Shown: positions 48,869 to 59,500 of the stretch, piece by piece
Numbering within the stretch: the stretch's first letter is position 1
Layout: every line of letters begins with the position of its first letter
Assembly: GCA_946184965.1 (NCBI GenBank)
Contig: CAMHHO010000001.1
Location: 797 to 64,796, forward strand
Direction: 5' to 3'
Length of the DNA: 64,000 nucleotides
Origin: an uncultured Prevotellaceae bacterium
Lineage (GTDB): Bacteria > Bacteroidota > Bacteroidia > Bacteroidales > Bacteroidaceae
Program-made: the position numbers and the translations under genes
Notes under the pieces: generated by a model
Database searches by the model: none
What the model saw: only the letters and a program-made list of their open reading frames with translations
What the model was told of the DNA's origin: nothing

Positions 48869-51460
48869 TCACCGCGAGCGCAGAAGAACCCTGAACGGTG
48901 CAGCGCGCCGCAACACCCCCTTAAACCTGCTACCCTCTTCATTCAGCAGCCACCACTGTGCCTGAGCCTCCTGCCCAACAAGCACAGACTGCCCATCCTG
49001 CCCATAACTCCCCACAAAACTGTACCCGCCGGCATCGTCGGCGGTAAGGGCCGTTTCCTGGACCACGGCGTGGTCAGCAGCAAAGGTCACGCTACAGCCC
49101 TGCAATGAGCGGGCGCCGTACGCCGTACCCGGCACGGCAATCAGATAAGGCCGGTTAGCCTCTATCTGCTGGGCATGGCTGAACGTCAGTTCCGTACCTT
49201 TTCCGCCCCCGAAAGTCATCACCCAGAAGTCCTTGCCCTTGTCCTGCGGCGAGCGGAACCAGTCAATCTGCTGTCCGTCGCCAATCGTGACGGTCTCCAC
49301 GTCGAAAGGCAGAATCACGGTGTCCCAGCCGCTCCCCTTGCCGTCGTAGCCGCTGGTAAACGTCCGCGTATACGCCACATGCCCGGCAGTAAACGCCATC
49401 GGGCAATAGAAGTCATTTCCGTCGAGTAGCGTCAGTTCTTTCACATAATTATCTTTCACAACGTTCAGCAGCGATTCTATTGTTGAGTTGACACTGTTGG
49501 CGTAGTAGAGGCAATTAGGATTGCCATTGGGCACAACGGTTTCAGGAATGGCGGCGTCGAATTCCACAGCCACTGCCTCAGGCGGCACCACAGCACGGCC
49601 ATCGGTCATGGTCATACGCTCCTGCCGCCCATCAGCATACCAGACGGCAAATGTGCCGGCGGTGTTCACCGTCGTGTATCGGGCCGTTCCCTCGGCAATC
49701 CATACCTTGTCTTCTCCAGTATAGCCTATCTGGTATTTCTGCTCCGTCCATCTCGGCACGTAGCGGAACACCACCTCGTCGGTAGCTCCGGCAGCTATGG
49801 TCACGCCCATATAGGCTGCGCGCACGCCACTGATCATCAGGTAGAGCAGTCCGTCGTAGTCGTCGCCGTGGTTGCTGATAGTGGCGGTGGCATCAATGAC
49901 GCCGTCCTTCAGGCAGAACTGTATGTCGTCGACCACCAGGTCGCGCCGTGGATGCTCGGTGACCGTGAGCGTCGTCTCCGTCAGCTCGACATCTATATAA
50001 CGGCTGTCGGCTGCCAAGGCAGGCACAATCTCAGTGGTCTTGCCCTGCTTGATGGTGCAGACGGGTACAATGCGGTAGCTGCCCGTCAACCCTCCGCCGA
50101 AGGTGTAGTCATAGCCGAGACCACGGCTGATATAGCTGCCTGGCACAAAGGTTTGGGCTACCTGCACCAGCTCAGATGCCTCAACCAGTTCACCGTCGCG
50201 CATCAGGGCCAGGCCAATGCCCATCTTCAGTGTATCGCGACTGTGGTTAATCATCGGTCGGCCGATGCGCAGTTGGAATGTTCCACTCGCATCGTCGCGC
50301 TCCGTACGTGTGGCGCTCAGCACGTGTATCTCTTCACAGGTCAGCAGGGGTGTCGGTGCGGAAGACGTACCGCCATGCTCAGGCTGCAGCCCGATGATAG
50401 CCGACTGATCCATGGTATAGCCGTCGAAACCAGAGCCGCCGCCCGTTCCGGGCTTCTTGGGGTTGAGCACTGCGAGCCTGAACCAGCCATCGCTCAGTCC
50501 ACCCCAACCCCAGTTGATGTGGAAAAAGCCCTCGCCGTCGTAGCCGTCGCAAACAAACTGATGGGCTATGCTCGAACGCTTCCCATAGTAGATGACGGGG
50601 CGGCCAGCCTCCAGTTCGTCACAGACAAGTGCCTGCCAATCGGCAAAGGCAAAATCAGAGCGATAAACAATATGAGCAGCACCATCGTAACCGAAGAAGC
50701 GGTGCATGGCATCGGCAATCAGATGGGGGTAAGCACTCGACATGCTTCCATAGTGCATCTGGACGGCGTGACCGCAGTACTGCATCAGTTGGGCAACTGC
50801 TACCTGCTGCTCTGTAGATTCGTTGCCACCATAGCCGTTAAGCATACTGCCCCACTCGAAAGCTATGGGCGGCAGCTCAGCGTAACTATCATAAGCAGGA
50901 ATGGCAGCAGTCTCACCTTGTGGCCACTCGAAATATTTCATCACCTGAGCCATGGCCGTTGCCACACAGCCCGTCGCGTAGCTGCTGAGGCATAACCGGT
51001 TGTAGGGCCACTTCTGTGCCCACTGCGTCGTCAGCAGCGGACGAACAGCCGGGCGTTCACGCTGCCCATCCTGCCCACTCAACCCAAATTGCCCATCACC
51101 CCCATCAATCGCAGCCTCCGCAGCCAGCCCCAATATCCACGCCCGCGCATTATCAGGCAGCGTAGCCACATCGAACACCCCACTCTCAGCATAACCCAGC
51201 ACCGCCTCGCTGCGGTCGTCGCTGCTGACAAGGACAAACCCCTCGCCGCTACCGACATTAAAAATGTAAAGACCGCTGCAAGGCGAGGCAGTCTCAACTA
51301 GTATTGGTTCAGGTGTAGGTTCAGCAGCACGTGCCGCCGCGCGGCGCTCAGCCAGAAAGGCTGCCGCCCGCTGTCGGGCAGCATCGCGCGAAAGCGGCAA
51401 AGCCTGGATTACGCCAACTGCAAACAAGCACCATGCGAAAAAACAAATCATTCGTTTCAT
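48869..51460 (-). CDS. Peptidase C10 (streptopain-like) with I69 prodomain; probably 3'-truncated
   Basis: GFVLVSSDDR..VLGY prodomain, QW.Q..PYN, TGCVATAMAQ (Cys), AHQFVCDGY (His), HINWGWGG. Confidence 0.88.
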   Translation of the reverse strand: MKRMICFFAWCLFAVGVIQALPLSRDAARQRAAAFLAERRAAARAAEPTPEPILVETASPCSGLYIFNVGSGEGFVLVSSDDRSEAVLGYAESGVFDVATLPDNARAWILGLAAEAAIDGGDGQFGLSGQDGQRERPAVRPLLTTQWAQKWPYNRLCLSSYATGCVATAMAQVMKYFEWPQGETAAIPAYDSYAELPPIAFEWGSMLNGYGGNESTEQQVAVAQLMQYCGHAVQMHYGSMSSAYPHLIADAMHRFFGYDGAAHIVYRSDFAFADWQALVCDELEAGRPVIYYGKRSSIAHQFVCDGYDGEGFFHINWGWGGLSDGWFRLAVLNPKKPGTGGGSGFDGYTMDQSAIIGLQPEHGGTSSAPTPLLTCEEIHVLSATRTERDDASGTFQLRIGRPMINHSRDTLKMGIGLALMRDGELVEASELVQVAQTFVPGSYISRGLGYDYTFGGGLTGSYRIVPVCTIKQGKTTEIVPALAADSRYIDVELTETTLTVTEHPRRDLVVDDIQFCLKDGVIDATATISNHGDDYDGLLYLMISGVRAAYMGVTIAAGATDEVVFRYVPRWTEQKYQIGYTGEDKVWIAEGTARYTTVNTAGTFAVWYADGRQERMTMTDGRAVVPPEAVAVEFDAAIPETVVPNGNPNCLYYANSVNSTIESLLNVVKDNYVKELTLLDGNDFYCPMAFTAGHVAYTRTFTSGYDGKGSGWDTVILPFDVETVTIGDGQQIDWFRSPQDKGKDFWVMTFGGGKGTELTFSHAQQIEANRPYLIAVPGTAYGARSLQGCSVTFAADHAVVQETALTADDAGGYSFVGSYGQDGQSVLVGQEAQAQWWLLNEEGSRFKGVLRRAAPFRVLLRSR
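51064..51108. repeat. 9-bp periodic GCCCAT repeat, in frame (DGGDGQFGLSGQDG)
   Basis: gcccatcct gcccactca acccaaatt gcccatcac ccccatcaa; shorter copy at 48991-49017. Confidence 0.6.
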
Positions 51461-51560
51461 CTGCCTGCAAAGGTAACGAAAAACGACGGAAACGCCAAGG
51501 AAATCGTCACCTTTTTTACGCTCGCGCGCACGTTGTGAAGGGTAAAAGCAAAACAACCAA

Positions 51561-51722
51561 CACTTCCTACACTTCCTACACCTAACAGTAAATTCCTAAG
51601 CGCAGGATAAGGTGCCGGTTCTTGAACAGGAACCGACGCTTTACAGACAAAAAGCGGCGGTTTATATTTGTTCCACGCCGTGGAATAAATCGTAGGTGCA
51701 GGAAGTGCAGGAAGTGCAGGAT
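51561..51722. repeat. Short inverted-repeat element related to 8705-9130
   Basis: cacttcctacacttcctacaccta ... taggtgcaggaagtgcaggaagtg; three internal 21-bp units at 51607-51669. Confidence 0.65.
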
Positions 51723-51748
51723 AAAAAGTGTGATTAGCAACTATAAAA

Positions 51749-51780
51749 GAAATTACCGGGCGAAGTGCCCGGTAATCTCC
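51749..51780 (-). terminator. Intrinsic terminator after OmpA-family gene
   Basis: attaccgggc gaagt gcccggtaat followed by T-rich tract on minus strand. Confidence 0.75.
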
Positions 51781-51806
51781 TTATTTACAACGTACAAAGT
51801 CGCAGT

Positions 51807-53012
51807 TTACTCGGCGATGCAGATAGAGACACGGTTCATGTCGTTGTCAGAGAACGGCTGAACACGGCTACCCTTAGAATCGTAAGTGATGCGGCTCGAC
51901 TCAATACCATACTGCTCCTGCAGAGACTTCACAACGGCGTCGGCACGGCCAGCGGCCAGACGGTCGTTGATCTTGTCGTTACCAGTACCAGCGTCAGCAT
52001 AACCGGTAACAACAACTTTAGCCTTCGGATACTTAATCAGGTAGTGTGCAATCTCCTTCACCTTCTGAGCTTCGCTCTCGCGAATGTCAGTCTTGTTGAT
52101 GAGGAAGAAGATGTCGCGGCGCAGAGGCTCGACTTCCTCCTTAGCCTTCAGCTCGTTCAGCTGGCGCTGCAGCTCGAGGATGGCGGGGTCGGGCTCATTG
52201 CTCTTCTCAACAACGGGAACGGGCTCTGGTGCGGGAGGCGGGGGCAGCGTCTTGGTATAGGTATTACCAAGGTTGAAGCGCAGACCTGCCAGTGCGTTGA
52301 AGTACCAGTCAGCGTTGTCAGTCTTCTTTGAGTTGTACTTGTCAGAGAGAATGTTGGCGTTACCCTCGATAAGCAGGCTGATGCACTTGTTCAGACGGAA
52401 AGAAGCCTCAAGGCCGGCACGACCGAAAGGCAGTACCTGTGAGCCGTCCCAAACATACTCGAAGCCGTGGCCAGTAGTGTTGGGGGCAGGGTTGTTGCGC
52501 AGCGTGAGACCGTTTCCACGATCCTTGTTCAAGTGATCGTTCAGTTCGTCATTATCGAAGCCAATGTTAGCACCACCACCGACAAAGGCCTTCAGGCCAA
52601 AGATGCGAGTGGGGTTGTAACCGCCAATAAGATTAGTGATGTCGAACATCAGGTCAAGTCCGGGAGCCACATACTTGTAGGTGTAGCCGACGGGATAGTG
52701 ACCGGGGAAGATGTTGCCCTGCTTGTCGAGCAGACCAAGATCCCAATAGCCGCGGCTCTGCCAGCCGTTCACCTGTAGGCGAAGACCAATCACCGGATTG
52801 AACTGGCGACCGATGGCCACCTGGACGTTCGGACGAATCAGGCGGCGCAGCTTAGCCTCACCCAGCGTGTACTGTACTCCACCCTCAAGGTCGAAGAACC
52901 AGTGCTTCTGGAACTCATACTTAGTGCCATCCTGGGCCTCGAAGACCTGAGCGGAGGCTGCTGTTGCCGTAAAGGCAAGCATGCCAATCAGTAATGTTTT
53001 TAATGCTTTCAT
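51807..53012 (-). CDS. OmpA family outer membrane protein (beta-barrel + peptidoglycan-binding domain)
   Basis: Signal peptide, Pro linker PPPPAPEP, GYADAGTG..IN..LAA.RA..V, NRVSICIAE. Confidence 0.93.
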   Translation of the reverse strand: MKALKTLLIGMLAFTATAASAQVFEAQDGTKYEFQKHWFFDLEGGVQYTLGEAKLRRLIRPNVQVAIGRQFNPVIGLRLQVNGWQSRGYWDLGLLDKQGNIFPGHYPVGYTYKYVAPGLDLMFDITNLIGGYNPTRIFGLKAFVGGGANIGFDNDELNDHLNKDRGNGLTLRNNPAPNTTGHGFEYVWDGSQVLPFGRAGLEASFRLNKCISLLIEGNANILSDKYNSKKTDNADWYFNALAGLRFNLGNTYTKTLPPPPAPEPVPVVEKSNEPDPAILELQRQLNELKAKEEVEPLRRDIFFLINKTDIRESEAQKVKEIAHYLIKYPKAKVVVTGYADAGTGNDKINDRLAAGRADAVVKSLQEQYGIESSRITYDSKGSRVQPFSDNDMNRVSICIAE

Positions 53013-53050
53013 AATCGTTAGTTTTATTGTTAATGTTTTCCTTTTGACAG

Positions 53051-53470
53051 TTACTTTGCATAACGTTTGGCTGCCATCACACCACGTTTAGTCCTGGCCA
53101 CATCTTTAGGGTCAACAGGTTTTGTAACGAGTTCAGCAGTCGTGTCGCGCTTGGCGGGATCCTTCGGAAGCTCGATGACAGTACCTTTACGCTCCAACAG
53201 GTAAACAGTCTCAGCGAGGGCTCGTTTCATCGAAAGATCGCCGACATAATGGACGATAACTGAATCACCGTACATCACGGCACCGTGAGTGAAAGCAGCA
53301 ACAGTGATATCAAACTTCACTTTAGAGCCGTCAATCTTCACGACCATTGCCGAGTCATTAATCTCGTCGACCAGTCCGCGGGTCTCGCCGTGCTCCATCT
53401 TATGACGGCAAGAAACCGTCAGAAGCATGGCAGCAACCACAGCAAACAGAAAACCTAAAAATTTCTTCAT
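53051..53470 (-). CDS. Hypothetical small lipoprotein (OB-fold-like beta content)
   Basis: Lipobox TVSC; GD.V.V.Y pattern. Confidence 0.7.
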   Translation of the reverse strand: MKKFLGFLFAVVAAMLLTVSCRHKMEHGETRGLVDEINDSAMVVKIDGSKVKFDITVAAFTHGAVMYGDSVIVHYVGDLSMKRALAETVYLLERKGTVIELPKDPAKRDTTAELVTKPVDPKDVARTKRGVMAAKRYAK

Positions 53471-53505
53471 ATTACAATACTTAGCGTTTTATCCTTTTTT
53501 AAAAA

Positions 53506-53531
53506 AGGGGGCGTCCGCAGTGGGCGCCCCC
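53506..53531 (-). terminator. Hairpin + U tract after giant lipoprotein gene
   Basis: gggggcgtcc gcagt gggcgccccc preceded by an A-run on plus strand (U-run on transcript). Confidence 0.75.
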
Positions 53532-53577
53532 ATTCCTATAGGATTGTGACCACTTTAGTCACTTACTTTCTCTTCGA

Positions 53578-56500
53578 TTAGCGAGCCTGACGAGCTGTGA
53601 GGTTCTCGGGCTTGTTAATCTTCACCTTGATCTCGATGGTCTTCTTGTGGAACCAGACATCGTAGATATCGAAGGTGAACTTACCGGTCACGTCAGACTT
53701 GAAGTCCATCAGACCATCGGTAGCACCATTCTTCATCATACCGACACCGGTGATATCCTGGAAGGTGTTCTCCTCGGGATCGAACGGAGCCTGACCACAG
53801 ATGAAGTAAGGCTCATCGTAGTAGTGCTTGTAGTTGTAACCACTAGGAGCAGAAGTCGAGAACTTCAGCGAAGCGATGTCAACCCAGCACCAAGGTGTAG
53901 CGAGCCAGTCAGTCAGCGTACCAGCATCATCCTTGGTCCAAGCAGTATTAAACTGGGTGTTGAAGTAGGCCTGCTTCGTGATGTCAGCGGCATACCACTT
54001 CTCACTTGCGAGCTTGAACTTAATCTTTTCAGGCTGGATAGCAATATTATTGTTCCAGTCGAACTTATTCTCAGTATCATCCTGAGTCAGGGTAACAGCT
54101 GCATCAAAAAGTGCGCACTTGAACTCAGCCTTAACCTGACTGCTTCCAGACTTCACGGCAACAGGTGCAATCTCGTAGTCATCGTTGGTGATGGAAAGAC
54201 CTGTCATGCCTGACTTCTCGGCAGAGGGCTGCAGGAATGCAGTACCATCAGCATTCAGATTAGCAGAGATGTCGCGGTAGATGTAACCAGCCTTGACATC
54301 CTTCTTCTGGCCGAGATGGCTCCAGTGGATCAGAGGCAGCGTGTAAGCACCCTTCTGGAGATACAGGTCGGCGTTCTCCTCACCCTGCAGTACGTCATCA
54401 CTGTACTCAGTATCGTAAACAGCGAGAGCGTCCTTATCGGCATTATCCTTATCGGCCTTCTCCTCAGTAGCACCATTAGCGATATCCTCAGTAGCACCTG
54501 CGAACGAACCTGCACCAGTGAAAATGAAGAAGTAGTTCTGGTCGATAGTCTTCTTACCAGTCTTCTCACCATTCTCGTCAACCTCGTCGATGACAAGACC
54601 TGTGAAGACATCCTCGAAGTTGTACATACGAGTATCCATAGCCCAACGATAGTTGTGGAGATCGGTATCCTGCTCATCCTTGTCGATAACATACTTGTCA
54701 GCATTGAAGATGCTTGCGAAATTGTTCGGATTAGCAGTTACACCATACTCACCCCATGTGATAGCCCAAGGATCGGTATCACCCTGTTCGCCTGTAAAGT
54801 CAACACCGGCGTAAGGACGTACATAGAAAGTCCAAGCGCCATTAGGCAGCTGGTTGCTCTTCACACCGAATGCCTTCGGCATTTCAGTAGGCATCACCTT
54901 CTTGATATCAATATCATAGGTGTTCACAGTCTTCCAAACGGTTTGAACATCCTGACGCATGATGGTCATCGTAATCTTATAGGTAGCGCCATCAATCAGA
55001 CGGTTAGCAACACCGGCCTTGATAGAAGCCTTCACGCTAAGAGTCTTCTTGCAAGGAGCAGCCTGGCCGTCCTCGTCACCCTCGTTGAATTGTACCCAAG
55101 GATGATCCTCAGAACCCTCAACGTCAGCATTAGCATCAGTAGAATACCAGAAGTCGAAGAAGTTCTCAACGTCGAACTGATCGCCCTTACCCATATAGGT
55201 TGAATTCCACATAATATCCTTCACAACGGTACGGTTGGTTCCATAAACATTCTTCACACCATAGGTGTAACCTGTGCCTTCCATCGGGATGTAACCCTGA
55301 GTAAGGTCATTAATGTCACGGATAGCGGGGTTATCAGCACGCCAAGTGTATACGACACGGTACTTCTCGGCATCCTCGAAGCTGGCCTTATAAGCATCGC
55401 GGTTGAAGAAGCGATCAGAACTCTTCTGCTGCAACTCGTTCAAACCAAGCTTCATGTTCTCGTTATAGGTAGGAATCGGGTTCTTACCGTTAACGTTATC
55501 AATCAGACTGCGGTCAAGTGTCTCAACACCCTTATCGGTCAGGTTCTGAACAGCAAATGACTGTGCAGTATCAGCAAGGATGTCGAATGTCAACTTGTGG
55601 TTAGGAGTATCCTTACCAATCTTAACATAGAATGCACGTCCATCAGGGTCGGTGAAGGTACCGTCGAGGTTCACAGCGTGTACGCGGAAACCGATGATTT
55701 CACCATTGTTGACGTTGTTCTCGTTCTTCAGGTAGATCACACCGTGGTTACCCTTCTGCAGAGTGACAGGAATATCGATGATAGCACCGGCAGGGCCTGT
55801 TCCTGCAACCTTACGCTTATACTTACCATCGTAGTTGTAGTAACCAACGTTCTTGTAGGTGTAAGTTGCCCATGAGTTAATCTCAGAGTTGTCAGACTCC
55901 ATAGCGAAGTGGCTATCAAGCGTTACGAAGAAACCACGAAGCGGAGTGAAGTCGCCACAATCATTGAAGTCGGGGAAGTCAATGTTAATTCTTGCCCACT
56001 CACCGGTCTCACCCTCAGGAGCCTGATCCTCAGAGAAGTGGATAAGCAGGAAGTCCTTGTCGTGACGGTTGTCGATACCGCTCAGGTCATCCTCAGCAAT
56101 GTCATCAGCCTTTGAACGCTTACCATCGGTAGTGAATTCGTGGAAATGACGGTCGCAAGTATTAACGCCCTCAGCTACACCAGGAGCCAGACGGTCGATA
56201 TCGTAGTCCTTATTGAACAGTATGCTGGTATAAGCAATCTCGTTGTAGTCGTAGCCAGCGTCAACGGTCTCATCCTTACAAGGCAGATGATCATCACCCA
56301 TGAAGCAGCAATCCCAGCAATATGCATACCATACATTCTTAACAGGGTCAAGCGTCTCGGGAACATCAGGATTGCCCGGCTGTACGGGAAGTTCCGGACA
56401 TACCAGCGGATGCCAAGTCAACTCATAACGGAACGAGCCACTGTAATTCTCAGGATCGTCAGTCCATAGTGTGGTACCATTCTGTGCCTGTTCGGTCTGG

Positions 56501-59500
56501 ATGTAACGGTTGTGGATGTCAGCAACGCTCTTATCGTTAACGTTGAAGTCCCAAGAGTGCTTTGCAGGCTCTAAGCCGAGTGACAGGTCGTACTCAGAAA
56601 CCACGAAGCGGTTAACATCCTCAGTCTCCTCAGTAGAGAAGTCGGTGTTCTTAACAGCAACTGCATAGACAATAGAACCAGTAGTCTGGTTGGGCTTCTC
56701 AGCAGATGTAGAAGCAAAAGCATACTTATCAAACAGAGGACCTACCTGCTCGTCTCTCATCTTGAACTTGATGACCCAAAGGCCAGTCTCGTTGCCTTCA
56801 ACGGCACGTGTCTGCCTAGTCCAACCGTTCTGTCCATAACCCTCCACGGGGCGGGTCATTACAGTGTTGCGAGTGTACTTATTGACAGCAACAACCTCAA
56901 TAAGAGCATTCTCAGGATCACTAGGATCAGCAATGTTCTGACCAAGCGTATTCAGAAGAGCAATCTCAGCCTTGCTCAGGTCAGCGTTGGTCGGGCTAAC
57001 GCGTACGAGGATTGAGTCCTCATAGCTGCGATAACGGCCATCGATGAAGTCATAGTCGCCAGCACCGCTGAAACCATCCTCATTGTAAGAATACTCATAG
57101 TCATTCAGCAACTCATCACGGTCAGACTTGATACCCTTCAGCTGCTCAATCAGACCGCCAGGATAGTTCCAGCTCTTGGTCTTGAGACCCTCATCACCCG
57201 TGCAAAGATCAGAGAAGATACCCTGCTCAACGGTGTAAACGAATGTCAGCTTGTGGTCGAAGTTGTCATAGCCATAAGGATAGGTCATGCGGTCACCATT
57301 CCAGTAACCAACAGTACCCTTGTGGTCGTTCTGAGCCATGTGCTGGTTAGCGAACAGGTTAATGCTGGTAATCATGGTCTGAATCTGAGGACCGAGGTTC
57401 TTGTTAACAGCCTCCATCACCTTGTCGTCGAGGTTGTCGACAACGTCGGCCATAGCGAGAATCTTATCGGCAAGAGCCTGCATCACTGCCTCGTAAGCAG
57501 CGAGGTCAGTATCGATGTCACCCTCAGCTGCGGGCAGCAGAGCAGCGAACATGCCAGTAACCTTATTGATAGAAGCCATAATCTTATCGACGTCGGCAGC
57601 GTTGGCAGCATCAGCGGCCTGCAGGTCGGTGATAATCTTCTTCAGATCGCCATCCTTCTCACCCTTCAGCTGAGCAATGACATCGTCGAGGTCAGCCTGC
57701 TTGGCAAGCTTAGCGTCGGCAATCCAGTACTTGATGGTAGCATCGAGAGTCTTCTCACCAGATGTGGTGGCCAGGAACTCCTCAATGATGTCGAGACGAG
57801 CGTCAAGAGCATCGTTAACGTCAGCGAGATCCTTTGCAGCCTTCTCGGCAGCAGCCTCGATGAGCACCATAATCTTACCACCGGGCTTGATAATCTCTTC
57901 ACCCTTCTCGTTATAGGTACCTGTACCCTCAGAAGGAACCAGAGCAGCGTCAAGGATAGAGTTCATCAGCTCCTCAGCGTTAGCCTTGCTCAGACCGAAC
58001 TCCTGGACGCACTTCATAGCAACCTCATAGATTGTGGGAGAGGGCTGGAGAAGCTTGTCTTCAGCATTCTGGTTATACCAATCAGGCTGATCACGGAGCA
58101 GGTCTTCAAGCACCTTAACATAAGCCTGAGCAACAGCGCTCTGCTTAGCAGCCTCGATAGCAGCCTGCATGTCCTTCGTCGTGGTGTAGTTGTCGGCCAG
58201 TGTCTGAGCCAAAACGTCAGTGTAGAGCTTAGCCTGCTTGAGGGCCTCGTCAGAAATCTCCTGAGCCTTCTTGGCAGCGTTAGCCTCAGCATTGGTCTGA
58301 GCTTCAGCGGCAGCAGCCTTGATAATACCATCAAGAGCATTCAGCTTGTAGGTCTTAACAAGAGTCTCAACGGCGATGTCGATAGCCTTGTTCCAAGCCT
58401 CCTTGTCGAGCAGAGCCTGCGCAGCAATTGCGTCAAGAGCAAATTTCTGAGCAGTCTCCTGAGCGGCAGCAGCAGCGTCCTTACCAGCCTGAGCAGCAGC
58501 ACCGGCAACCTTGTCGGCATACTTCTCAAGAGTAGACTGGAGCTCGGGGATAATCTCGTTCAGGCGCTTGATTTCCTTGCTGTTGGCAGCAATATCCTTA
58601 GCGTTCTGAGCAACGTCACCCTTAATAGCCTCGTTGATTTTGTCCTGAGCGTCCTTGTTGTTCTGGACAGTCTGGGTCAGAGAAGCGATGGCAGAAGTAT
58701 TGTCACCAATCAGCTTGTTGGCAGCGGCAATCTCAGCCTCGATGCCCTGAACGGCAGCAGCCAGGTCACTGCTGGTTTTCTTAGCAAGAGCGTCAACAGA
58801 GTTAGCCAGTTCCTGGTGAGCCAGGTCGTTAGCCTTCTTCAGTTCGCTCAACTGAGTGATAATGCTCTCGATAGAAGCGGCGTTAGCCTCAGCGGTCTTC
58901 TTCACACCGGCGAGGTTCTCACCGAGGAAGCTAACCTGCTGCTCAAGGTCGCTCTTCAGCTTAGCGAGCTCGCTGGTGATGTTAGCGATGCTCTCCTTGT
59001 AATCAGCGAGATTAACAACGGTCTCACCCACCTGCTTCTGCAGGGCAGCGAGGTCGCTCTGGAGCTTAGCAACGTCAGCCTTGTCAGCAGCCTTGCTCTC
59101 AAGAGCAGAGAGAGACTTCTGCAGAGCAGCGATGTCGGCAGCAGCCTTCTCGACGTTTGTCTTGTTGGTCTCAGCCAGGGTGTTGGCCTTGTCAGCGAGA
59201 GCGTAAGCCTCGTCGGCACGAGCCTGGGCGGCCTTGATGGCAGCGTCCAGAGTCTTGTCAGCCTCGATGAGGTTGGCAATGCTCTGACCCTGAGTAGCAA
59301 TCAGCTCATTAGCCTTTGCCAGAGCAGCCTCCAACTCAGCCTTGGCAGCAGCAACCTGCTCCTTAGCGGCAGCGATGGCAGCCGACTGGGCGGCAGCAGC
59401 CTGTGTCTCTGCATAATCCTTGGCAGCAGCCTCAGCAGCAGCAGCGGCGTCCTTAGCCTTCACGAGGTTGGCATCGGAGTAAGCCTTGGCCTCATTGACA

